Below, in pieces: positions 13,754 to 24,890 of a stretch of DNA of 64,000 bases (position 1 is its first letter; each line of letters opens with the position of its first letter). The position numbers were made by a program, and so were the translations under genes. This stretch comes from the human T2T-CHM13v2.0 reference genome, Homo sapiens, in assembly GCF_009914755.1 (NCBI RefSeq), contig NC_060926.1. The stretch is one strand, 5' to 3'. The notes below the pieces were generated by a model that saw only the letters and a list, made by a program, of their open reading frames with translations, ran no database searches and was not told the DNA's origin.

Positions 13754-16700
13754 TCAAGTTATTTCTGCCCCCTGGCAGAGTTATACCCAACCAAGTTGTA
13801 TAAGATGTTGTCACAGATGTTTGTTTGTTTGAAATTTGTGTAAATACTAGGTCACTCAGTTAATGAGATTGAATCCCTGATTCCAAATCCCAAGCTCTTT
13901 ACATCAAGTTTTCCAAGACCTGAGAAATGTATTATGTACATTTCCTTTCTCCACAAAACTCTAAGAATAGACACTCAATATCCCAAGGACCTTCTGCAAC
14001 ACGACCCCAGTTGCAGAAGCATTATCTCTACCTCAACACTTTCTGGGAGGCCTTGAAGGACCACTTGGCAAAGATTAAGCGGAAAGGCTAGAAGATGGTA
14101 TTTCAGGAAGAGGAACTGGGAGAGAGGGCACTGATGGGAAAACGCAGATGATGGCTGGGGCAGGAGCTGGTGCAGGAGGAGTCTGACTTTGTGTGGAGGA
14201 ATGGAAAGGGGAACACAGGCTTAGGTGGGGGGCTGGGGCCAGCTCATGGAGGCCTGAAGGCCAGTTCAGCTTATCCTCCAGGTTTTTGAGTAGGACAGTA
14301 ATACTCCAAAAGAGGTGTCTGAGCCTTGGCCTGCAGAGAAAAAGATGGACAATAAAGAAGGCAGATGGGAGGCTAGAATAACCCTTCAGACAGTCTAGGA
14401 TGATGTGACAGAAACATGCAGAAAGAAGGTATTTAAAAGACACCTTAAAGAAAATTTAGCATTTTGGAGTCTGGGCCATCTGCCCTCTTCCCAAGGATTA
14501 ATATCCAAGTAAGTGTTTTGAGTGGGGTAGGAGCATGGCAGAAAGATAGAGGGAGCAAGAAAGCATAGAGCATTGGACGTACTGAGCCTTCCAGACCTTG
14601 CACAGACACTGTGGTCTGAGGGCTGCCAGAAGCCCTGGGGGAGACAGGGAGGACTGCCAGCTGATGGCTCCTGTATGAAGATGGCACTGAGGGCTCTGAG
14701 CTGGACACTGGCCTGCAGACTCTGGCCTGTGAGGCCCAGGCTATGGGCTCCACCTGGTCTTTGAGTGGGTGGGCAGACTGCAGATCAGGGGCCTGCAGCA
14801 GCATTTCATGTATTTCAATTCTTTGAAATGATTCCTCTCCCTGGGTGGCAGAAAGGAAAAAAAAAAAAAAAAGCAAACAAGCAAAATATAGTTAAGAACT
14901 CAAGAACTGCCAATTCAGAAACTCTAATCTGCTCAAAAAGTTCAATCCCTTTCTTTCAGAAGCCAAAAACCCATTTCCATCTCAGATTGTATATGTCTGT
15001 GTCTGAGAGCTGGTGAGGGAGACAGTGAGTATGCGAGGGAGGCCACTGAGATGCCTTTGTTCCTGTGTGTGAGCTACTGCTCTGAACTGCTCCGTGGACC
15101 TGTGTGTGTTGCACGCACATTTGTGCCTGTTTCTCAGGCCCCTGTGTGCCTTGAACTTTCAAACCATAACAGAAACACTGAAGCTTGGCAAAGATATCAC
15201 AGGAATAATTATCTAATTTCAGAACATGTTATTATAATACCTACATGATGTGTAACAAACTTAACAATGTTCATGTTATATTCACCTACTCTGAGCTGTA
15301 GACTCACAACGCCAAGTTTTACCCTCAGAAGTTTCTCCAAAACACAAGGGCAGAGCAAGCCCCAAAGAAAGTTCTTCAGGGAATATTCCCCCACAACAGC
15401 TCCCTCACGGATTGAGACGTTTGGCTGGGTAGATGTCTATGGGGAAATTGCTGGAAGGAGGACAGAGCCTATCTTGGGATGGCAACTGTTCCTCCCAAAA
15501 TCCTCATTCCTCCCCAGAAAAGAAGACATGGAACTGATAAGGAACTAGCAGCCATATTGGGGTGACACAGGCAGACAGGCTTTTCCTGATTCAGCTGTGG
15601 GCCGGGGGGGGCCTCCTAATCCACCCAGCTCCCCGTTTTCCCCAGGGGTCTGAATTGGACCAAGGCTGAGTGTGAGGGGAATGGTTTGCTGTTTGCTGCT
15701 GTTCCCTGTTGACTTTAGCCAGTAGCTCTGTTTACAAACCCAGGTTGGTTTTCCCAGCACAGTTAATTAGACCAAAGACATCTGGTGCAAGGCTGCGGAG
15801 AGGGCATCTGCTCAGAGCCTTCCCCCTACACCCTGCAGACTGCAGCCACGGCCCAGAGTGGGGCAGAACAGCTCTATCGGTACAGACCTGACTCCACCAG
15901 ACCCAGTGTTCTCGGAGGAATCATGGCTTCCTTCACCCTGCCTTTCCATGCTTGCCAAGTCGGACTGGGCCCCAACTCCCCAAGCCATAGAGAACAAGGA
16001 GTCCGGGCTGGAAGGCCCACCTCAGTGGGATCATAGGCTGGAGATCAGGGACTCAGCTCTCTCCTCGGTCCTTCCATGTCCAAAGGAACAGGGCAGAAAT
16101 TCCTGTCCCTTTCTCATCACAGACACTGCATTCTGTAGGAACGCCAGACCTCTTCAGGGAAAATCTCCCCTCCCTGGATACCCCCCCACCCACCCCCACC
16201 CCCAGAAAAAAGGCTGTGGACCCTTCTCCTCCCTGACCCCTCCCCAGCCAATCCCTGACACTGTGAGGAGGACAGAGATTAACCTGGCCCAGAGGGAGGC
16301 AGGAAGCTGCCCAGGAAGGTGAGAGGATCTAGGTGGGCAGTTTCAGAGTGGCGGGGAAGAGGAGAGCTGCGAGGGGGAGGGGCAGCGGCTTATCTCTCCC
16401 AGGAGGGGGGAGCTCACTCCAAACAGCTAGTGCACTGGCGTGTGAAAGCCCCTCAATTAGCACTAATGATGCAATCAGGGAGGGAGGAGGAGGGACCGAA
16501 GTTCTGGTGGCGTCAGCACCAACTTACACACAAGGTACACATTCCCTTCATCGGACACAATGGCCCCTTCAGACACGCCGAGGCACACACTCCACAGACA
16601 GCCGTCCGTGGGCACAAACGCACTCTTTGCCCAAGCTACTAGCATGCACATGGTTTCTTATACGCGGCTGACCCCGTCAGACCCCAGGCATCTTGAGGGG

Positions 16701-17426
16701 TAGGGAGCGACCCCCAGCTGCATTTGGGGCTTTAGAGGCAAGGAAAATCAGAAACACTTTGGTAAAAGGAGTTGAACAGGGCATCCTCGGCGAGCTCACG
16801 AGCATTCCTCTATGCCTAGAGCTCCTGTCCCACGCGCGCTCGCAGGTGCTGGCCCGGCTGTGCCCGCTTCCCCCTCACCATCGCCCCAATCCGGAATCCG
16901 GGGCTGAGCGAGGAGCCGCCACCCCCGGCCCCACCCGCGAGAGACGGGGTCCACGCGCCTTCCCTGCGCCCAAACCGCCCCGAGGCCCCCAGTCCCAGGA
17001 GGGAGCGCTGAGATCACTCGGATCTCCGCACCCCGGACTTAGCTGCTCGTCCCCTCCGGAGCCCGCTACCCGCCGGCCTCGCCCCTTTATCTTTCCCCCA
17101 CTCCGCCCGGCCGGCTCCGTTATCCACCTCCCAATCCCGTTATCCGGCCGCCCCGGCCCCGTTATCCGCCCTCGCGTTGGGCGCGGAGCCCCCGCGCGCC
17201 TCCTGGCCGCCGCCGCCCCCTCCCCCGCTCCCAGACGGAGCTCGGGGGACCGCGGGCTGGGCGGGACCGCGGGCTGGGCAGGACCGGAGCCGCCTCCGCG
17301 CCGCTTCCCAGGCCCGGACGGCCGCGGGAGGAGGTCCCGCTGTCAGTCAGCGGGGAAGGCCGGGCCGGGCGGCCGGAGGGGGCGGCGCCGAGGACGGGCT
17401 CGGGCCGGGAGCTGGGAGGTGGAGGC

Positions 17427-17525
17427 GGAGGGGCGGGGGAGGGGGCGGGGGAGGGGGCGGGGGCGGGGGCGGGGGGCGGCTCTGGGCCTTATAAGCGGCG
17501 GGGGCAGGGCGGCAGGGAGGCAAGT
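17427..17525 (+). promoter_or_regulatory. PKDCC core promoter: GC-box/G-run array, TATA box, probable TSS ~17518-17523
   Basis: Tandem GGGGCGG/GGGGGAGGGGGCGG (Sp/KLF, G4-capable) at 17427-17479. TTATAAG at 17489-17495 is the only AT island there. TSS inferred about 30 nt downstream. Confidence 0.8.
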
Positions 17526-17534
17526 GTCAGGCCG

Positions 17535-17636
17535 ATGTGTCGCCCGCGAGGGGCCGGGGTCGGGGCCGCCGGGGCCATGCGCGCGGGCTGGGCAGGGGGC
17601 CGGCGGGGCGCAGAGCGGAGCCGCCTCGGAGCCTGA
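17535..17636 (+). other. Upstream ORF in PKDCC 5' UTR (33 aa from ATG 17535; 19 aa from ATG 17577)
   Basis: MCRPRGAGVGAAGAMRAGWAGGRRGAERSRLGA-TGA, in frame with the main ATG. Translation not demonstrated. Confidence 0.65.
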
Positions 17637-17696
17637 GCCGCCCGGGGCCGGGGCCGGGGAGCCGCGCGGGGCCGGCCGGCCGGGGGGAGGGGAGCG

Positions 17697-18335
17697 ATGC
17701 GGCGCCGGCGGGCGGCAGTGGCCGCGGGTTTCTGCGCCTCCTTCCTGCTGGGCTCCGTCCTCAACGTGCTCTTCGCTCCGGGCTCGGAGCCTCCGAGGCC
17801 AGGCCAGTCCCCTGAGCCTTCGCCGGCCCCGGGTCCGGGCCGTCGCGGGGGCCGCGGGGAGCTGGCCCGGCAGATCCGGGCGCGCTACGAGGAGGTGCAG
17901 CGCTATTCCCGCGGGGGCCCCGGGCCCGGGGCGGGCCGGCCGGAGCGGCGGCGCCTGATGGACCTGGCTCCGGGCGGGCCCGGCCTGCCGCGCCCCCGGC
18001 CCCCTTGGGCCCGGCCCCTGTCCGACGGCGCCCCAGGCTGGCCCCCGGCTCCCGGCCCAGGCTCCCCCGGCCCGGGCCCGCGCCTGGGCTGCGCCGCGCT
18101 TCGCAACGTGTCCGGCGCGCAGTACATGGGCTCAGGCTACACCAAGGCCGTGTACCGGGTCCGCCTGCCCGGCGGTGCCGCGGTGGCGCTCAAGGCGGTG
18201 GACTTTAGCGGCCACGATCTGGGCAGCTGCGTGCGCGAGTTCGGGGTACGGAGGGGCTGCTATCGGCTGGCGGCCCACAAGCTGCTTAAGGAGATGGTGC
18301 TGCTGGAGCGGCTGCGGCACCCCAACGTGCTGCAG
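17697..18335 (+). CDS. PKDCC: PKDCC/VLK coding exon 1 (aa 1-213): signal sequence, Pro/Gly-rich region, kinase N-lobe
   Basis: ATG at 17697 gives [28 protein letters not shown] (basic + hydrophobic signal). Contains Gly-loop [10 protein letters not shown] and VALK166. Ends HPNVLQ|GTACGA, 639 nt, phase 0. Sequence recognised as human PKDCC. Confidence 0.98.
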
Positions 18336-21300
18336 GTACGAGGGTGGGGACGCGGGGGTAACGGTGTTGGCTGGGAGTGCCCAAGACCTTGTCAACCTGG
18401 CTGGAAGAGAACCCCTTGATCTGGAGTGCCAGTGACTGCACCCAGGCTAAGCTAGACGCAGAAACCGGACCATGGCCCTTCCCACTGCACCACCCTGCTT
18501 CTCACTCCTGGGTGGGCGTCCCTTTACCGGAGAACTCCTGGGTTTCTCGGCTTCCACACATCTCTTAAAGACAGGCCAGGACAGAGGCTCCCAAAACTCA
18601 GGGGGTGGGGCAGTCCATTAGGATTTAGGACTCTACTCCGGGCTGGAGTTAGGAGGTTGAACACCAGGGATATTACCCCAAGCCAAAATGACCCTAAGCC
18701 AAGACACTTGAGTCAGAATTCCAACTGTGTGATAAAGTCCCCCTTCTTGATGGAACTTCTCCCAACTTCCAGTGATTTGTCTGGTTTTGAAAATGAGACG
18801 GGACAGCAGTGGGGCTGGGAAGAGCTGGAAAGAGACCATGTGTCAGGCTTGATTCCTATAGAGTCTCCCCACCCACCCACCTCCAGCGCCACCCAGAAGA
18901 CACTGGAAGGGGGCTGGGGAGCAGGCTAGAAAAAGGGAACACAGTCCTTCCCAGAAGTGAACTAAGGGTTCCCCAGGCCTTAAAGTGGGTCCTTGAGCCC
19001 CTGGAGAAGCCTGAAGGTCTCAGCTCAGTGGACAGACTGGCGGCCTGAGGATCTAAATGTCACACTGTCTGAGTGTATATAGATAGCCAAGAGGCTGGAA
19101 GGTTGAGAAGGCCAAATGCTCAGGTTCCTACTCAACGGGACTCTGCCTCGCCTGTTCACTGGAGACACAGGCGAGAGCTGAAACCCCCACCTTGTCCCCT
19201 CCAAGCTAGACTTTGAGTGGGCCTCTCACAGTCCCAGCACCGCCCTAACACTCCACGTCCTCTCTCTCAGGTCTCCCCCCATCCTAAGATTAGACAGACT
19301 ATTCCCTTTGCACATGTCTGAGCAAACAGAGGGGAATCCCTGACCGCTGTTGGCCCGGTGAACATGGGTGTGTGCAGCCTCCCCAACGGATGAAATCTTG
19401 CACACACCTTCCACCTACCAGCCCACTCAAACTAACCTTTCTGCACCCAGCAGAAATGACTGGAAACCCAGGAGTCCCTCTCTCCTTTCCTTAGGAGTGA
19501 GATGGCACCCCAGCCCTGGAGGGAGATGGGTGGGCGTCGTAGAGCAGGAGAGACTGGCCCAAAAGTTGTTTATACTCCTGTTGGCTCCCAGTCTCCCCCT
19601 CCCCCATCGTATTCCCCAACCCTGGTCAGACACTTGTGACCGGGCCCTGGGCCCCAAACTGGTCTCAGGAGCTCGGGCAGAACCAACACTTGCGTGTAGT
19701 GAAGCCTGGCTGCACAGCTCACACCGTGTCTGCAGCTTCAGGGAGTGAGCCCCTGGTTACGTGGCCATTCTAACTGGGAGGATCTTGTACTCTTTCCTTC
19801 CCAGGGACTTTTGGGAACTTTTTGGAAACTCTAGGGTGTCAGCCAGATCCTGAGGGAGTGGAGAGGTCTTGAGTGACTTAGCAGGACATAAAGTCTTAGT
19901 TACTTGACTCAAGACCCCTCTCCCTTCAGACGGGTTTGATGTTTGATGTGCTTTCCTATCTTTTAAGAAACTTGTCCCTCACTCTTCCCGCCAGCTCAAA
20001 CTTCCTGACAAGCATTCAGCTAACGCCCCACATATATATCACGTGACGGTCCTCCTCTGAAATGTCAGGCCCCCAGCCCAATTCTGAAGGCACCAAAGAA
20101 AAAATTACAACAGAATAGTTTTCACCCTTCCCTCACCAAACCAAGACCAGGGTTGTCTGGGGTTAGCTGTGTGACTCTTTATTGTAGAGTCCCAGACGAG
20201 AGTTAGTGGCCCCAGGGCACAAGGGTTGCTAAGGGAGAGAGGGTCACAGGTCCTTTCTACCCAGGAAAAGTGAAAAGTGGGGGGCCCTTTAGTGTGAGTT
20301 TAGGGACTGCTTTGATGGTGGCTCTCCCCCATTCATCTTCTGACCATCAGGCCAGTGTCGCTCTGGCCTCCTAAACACGGCCATCTTTGCTGGCAGGGAA
20401 GCCTACAGTGGGGTCTTCCTGCCCAGGAGGCTTCAGGGCAGGTGTACAGGGAACTAGAAATAATGCTGCTTTAATACCTCTGAGTTATTTAAAATTTCAA
20501 AACCATTTGACTGTTTGCTGAACTGGGGAGGAGTTAGAGAACATTTCTAGAGTTCCTAGTGGTGCAGGCTCACCACCCTCCCTCTCTGAGCAGCCCAGAA
20601 TTGGTGCTGTGGATTCTAATAGAAAATGCCCAGGCTAGCAGGCCCCATTCTGCACCTCCCAGGGCTTTCTCTGGTCATGGGGATTGCCTGGGCGAGATCT
20701 TTCTATCCATTTTCTTTGACCCCTCCCCATCCCGCCCCTGACACACGCATACACACTCCCTCACGTGACTTGACTCCTCTATAGCCCAGGGCCAAAGGGC
20801 ACAAGGGTCTCCCCTCCCCTCAACCTCTCCCCACCTCCCCCTCCCCCAGTCATCCTGGGGCCCCCAGGCCTTGGATGGGCCCCCAGGCCTGCCTGGGCCC
20901 AGATTCTGGCCCTGCTAGAGTATATTTCTTCTCCCAACCAAACAAAAGATGTGACTGAAATGCTCAGCCTCACGCTTCCTGGGGGGGGTTAATGGTGTCT
21001 TTTTATTTTTTCCTGAGGGGTGTTGATTAATACCTCGTTAACAGCGCATTTAACGACCTCCGGGTGTTTAATAACCTTCAGAAGTTTCCCACAAAGGCTC
21101 AGACTCTGGGCAAGAAAATGAGAACCAGGCCCCAGGGCTGTTCCCCTTACCTTCCCCCCACCCCACCAGGGTCTGGGGCTTCCCTGGACTGATGGGGAGG
21201 GGGTGGAGAGAGAAGAGGGTGCCTGGAGCTGCCCTGGCCCCCCAAGTCACAGCCCAAGAGTGAGGCCTTCCCCCATGCCAGCAGGATGACGGGGAGCTGA

Positions 21301-21963
21301 GGGGGCACTCCTAGGGCGGGAAGAGGACATGTGAGGACCTGGAGTGGCTCTGGGGAGGGTGTGAATGATGGTATGAGGGTGACAGTGCACAGGGATATCC
21401 ACCCCTCCACCGCATAGCTCTCCTCTCCCTGAGTCGGGCCTGGACAACTCAGCCTTCGTGTTTCTACCCCACAGGGTGCTGGTTGTTTTGAGCACCATAC
21501 GAGCCCCTAGCTGCTGTGGAGTATGTTGGAAGAGCCAGGGGGATGCCTGTGGGTGCTGTTAAGGTGGTAGTGACACTCAGGCTTTGCTTCCCAGAAGTCC
21601 CTGGGCAGTGCGGAGCTTCTCCCCAGATGACATAGAGTGGGCAGTTCCCTGTGACCGTAACCCCAAAAGAACTGATCTTCCAGGAGGAATCATCACTCAC
21701 TACCACCCCCACTGATACACATCACTCATATGCAAAACACACCTGGGGATGTGCCCTCAGGTACCTTGTTCTTATCAACACTTGTTACCAGTCTAAGGGA
21801 ACTTGCTTTTCCTCCCTCAAGACCCACGCAGAGAAAATTGAAGCTGCCAGAAGGTAGAAATGATGAGGGATAGATACAGATTCAAGGAGGGGAGGAAGGA
21901 TAATGTCCAACCGTATGCTCGCTTGTGTATTACCAAACAGCATTCTTAGAAAAAACAGATTGT

Positions 21964-22275
21964 GGCCGGGCGCAGTGGCTCACGCCTGTAATCCCAACAT
22001 TTTGGGAGGCCAAGGTAGGCAGATCACTTGAGGTCGGCAGTTTGAGACCAGCCTGGCCAACATGGTGAAACCCTGTTTCTACTAAAAAGACAAAAATTAG
22101 CTGGGCATAGTGGCAAGCGCCTGTAATCCCAGCTACTCGGGAGGCTGAGGCAGGAGAATCGCCCGCACCCAGGAAGCAGAGTGAGCTGAGATCATGCCAC
22201 TGCACTCCAGCCTGGGCAACAGAGCGAGGCTGTCTCAAAAAAAAAAAAAGAAAAGAAAAGAAAAATAAATAAAAA
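21964..22275 (+). mobile_element. AluS in PKDCC intron 1
   Basis: Full Alu with a small right-arm deletion and A-rich tail. Confidence 0.9.
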
Positions 22276-22284
22276 TAGGTTGTG

Positions 22285-22490
22285 GAATCCGAGTGGCACA
22301 AATTCACATCTTAGGCTCCTACATTGATCAGCTGTGCGACCTTATGCAAGCAACTTAACCTCTCTGAGTCAGCCTCCTCACCTGAAGTTGGAGATAATAA
22401 TAGCACCTACTGTGCCCATTAGGGTTATTACAATAATTGAGTTATGCACGTAGAGCAATTTAGCATGGTACCTGGCACGTGGTTAACTCA
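22285..22490 (+). mobile_element. MIR in intron 1
   Basis: agctgtgcgaccttatgcaagcaacttaacctctctgagtcagcctcctcacctgaagttggagataataatagcacctac. Confidence 0.75.
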
Positions 22491-22735
22491 CAGTGGCCAG
22501 ACCTGCCTATTTACCTGAGTCGGAAGGGGTGAGGGGCTGACATGGTCAGTAGGAAGTCTGACTGCAGGGAAGAGAGGGCATGCTTCCCAGGCAACGCTGC
22601 CATTCTCTTCTGGCCTGAGCTGAAGCAAAGGCCTGGGGATGGTGGGAGGAGAGAGAGGGGGAACCTGACAGTCCAGCCCTTCCCTGTCCCCACCCCCACC
22701 CTGTGACCTAATGACCTGCCCTCGGCTTTCCCCAG

Positions 22736-22858
22736 CTCTATGGCTACTGCTACCAGGACAGCGAGGACATCCCAGACACCCTGACCACCATCACGGAGCT
22801 GGGCGCCCCTGTAGAAATGATCCAGCTGCTGCAAACTTCCTGGGAGGATCGATTCCGA
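22736..22858 (+). CDS. PKDCC: PKDCC coding exon 2 (aa 214-254)
   Basis: ctttccccAG|CTCTATGGC...TTCCGA|GTGAGC; 123 nt; [41 protein letters not shown]. Confidence 0.97.
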
Positions 22859-23532
22859 GTGAGCTCAGAGGAGGGCTCGGGCCCTGGGCTCCTTGCTAGG
22901 ATGGTTCTGCCTTAGAAGGCCAGCCCTCCAAAGCAGCTCCCACTCCTCCTCCACCCAGGGAGAGGGAGGGGAGGAAGGCGCACAGGCTGACTCAGCCACC
23001 GGCCAAAGGGTTCAAAAAAGAAGCAAGACTTAAAGGATCCCGACATGCTGTGCTCTTGCCCTCCTCACCCCTCCTTGTGCGCGTGTACACACCAGCTTGT
23101 GGGGGCTGGCACCTTAAAGAGGGGAGCACTCACACACTCACACTCAGCCTGACTGCAGGAGGGCCAGTGTCCTAGAACTAGGAAAGACCTTAATACCATC
23201 CTGACCCTCCCGATATTTCCATACACTGAACTAAAACAACATTCAGGATGCAACTTCAGGGAAGAGATGCATTATCCCCAGACCCTCGCTGCTGCAGTTT
23301 CCCACCCACTCCATATCATTTCCAGGGTCAGGCCAGCCGAGAGTTAATAGAAAATCACTGGCCTCCTCTCTAAGGCTGCTGACCTTGGCCTTTGTGGAGC
23401 CCTGGGGCCTATAGAAGAGAAGTGCCAACCCCCACAAGCAAAGTTCAGATTCCAAGAGGAGGGTGCCCTCGAGTCCCACAGACCCCCAACCCAGGAGAAA
23501 AGCAGTGAGCAGTCTTTTCTTGTGCCCCTCAG

Positions 23533-23804
23533 ATCTGCCTGAGCCTGGGCCGCCTCCTCCACCACCTGGCCCACTCCCCACTGGGCTCCGTCACTCTGCT
23601 GGACTTCCGCCCTCGGCAGTTTGTGCTGGTGGATGGGGAGCTCAAAGTGACGGACCTGGATGACGCACGTGTGGAGGAGACGCCGTGTGCAGGCAGCACC
23701 GACTGCATACTCGAGTTTCCGGCCAGGAACTTCACCCTGCCCTGCTCAGCCCAGGGCTGGTGCGAGGGCATGAACGAGAAGCGGAACCTCTATAATGCCT
23801 ACAG
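23533..23804 (+). CDS. PKDCC: PKDCC coding exon 3: catalytic loop LLD278FRPRQF and DLDD (DFG-equivalent)
   Basis: gcccctcAG|ATCTGC...GCCTACAG|GTGACC; 272 nt; frame continuous with exon 2. Confidence 0.97.
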
Positions 23805-24437
23805 GTGACCTCCACCCCTGACTCGGGAACTCCATCGAAGGAGAATGGGCCAGGAGGGCATGGCAGGAAGAGAGCCAACGTGGAGGCCAGCTGGGCAGGG
23901 AGACTCAGCCTTGACCAGAGCAAGGGAAGGCTTCTACCCTGTCCAGAAGGGAACATTCAGGCCTCTGATGGAGAGGCTAAAAATAGACAGCTCCAAGGAG
24001 AATCCGGGTTAGGGGGTGGCAGCTGGAGGCTTCTTAAAATAGTGTTGGACTCGGAGCCTAGGGCTGGTGGAACTGGCACTTTTCCCTTCCCACCCAGGCC
24101 CTTGTGCTCTGGGAAATTCCTCACTGGGCCCCAGCCATGGGGCTGCTCCGACACCGGGAGTCAGTCAGGGGATAATGTGGGGCTGGGAGGTGGGCAAGTC
24201 CTGGGAAGGGTTGGGAAGCAGGCCCCTGGTTTCGGTTAGTATGAAGTTAGGTGTGGTGTTAGCATGTGCCCAGAACCCTCCCCCGAGGCTGAGTAGACTT
24301 CACTGCGTTCTGCCTGGTTGCTAGGCCTGAGGGATCCGGCTCCCTGGCCAGGTTAGCGTTCTGCCCCAGGTTGGAATAGAGGAAGGATGTGTCTCCAAAG
24401 GCTGGATTCCTGAGCCACTGGTTTCCCTCTGCCACAG

Positions 24438-24517
24438 GTTTTTCTTCACATACCTCCTGCCTCACAGTGCCCCGCCTTCACTGCGTCCTCTGCTGGACAG
24501 CATCGTCAACGCCACAG
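24438..24517 (+). CDS. PKDCC: PKDCC coding exon 4
   Basis: ctctgccacAG|GTTTTTC...GCCACAG|GTGAGC; 80 nt; (R)[26 protein letters not shown](G). Confidence 0.96.
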
Positions 24518-24782
24518 GTGAGCTCTCCAGGGCCCATCTGCTTCCAGGCACCTACCCCACCCCCACCCGCCAGCAAAAGTGGGGAGAAAAATAACCCAGG
24601 GCAGCAGGGGTTCTAGAAACCATCACTTCCTAAGGTGGCATTCTGCCGCAACCTCCCCGCTCCCCCGCCCTCTGTTCACTGGGGCACAGGCTCTGGAGGC
24701 AGAGGTGGGAGCAGCTGGCTGCTGACTTCAGGGAGGAGTGGGAGCCCCAGGCATCCTGTCTTAGCCACACTGCACTCTGCAG

Positions 24783-24890
24783 GAGAGCTCGCCTGGGGGG
24801 TGGACGAGACCCTGGCCCAGCTGGAGAAGGTGCTGCACCTGTACCGGAGCGGGCAGTATCTGCAGAACTCCACGGCAAGCAGCAGTACCG
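24783..24890 (+). CDS. PKDCC: PKDCC coding exon 5
   Basis: ctctgcAG|GAGAGCTC...AGTACCG|GTGAGT; 108 nt; [35 protein letters not shown]. Confidence 0.96.

Larger units (their letters stand above)
16780..18360. promoter_or_regulatory. CpG island spanning PKDCC promoter and exon 1
   Basis: Very high GC content and dense CpG compared with the CpG-depleted flanks. Confidence 0.93.

Noticed and set aside
16693-17958. 421-aa ORF overlapping the promoter and exon 1
   Set aside because: Starts at TTG far upstream of the TATA box, is low-complexity R/G/P/A, and long stop-free frames are expected in a CpG island.
18336-18419. Extension of the exon 1 ORF to 240 aa in the track
   Set aside because: Read-through past the canonical donor at 18336; the spliced frame gives the known 493-aa protein.
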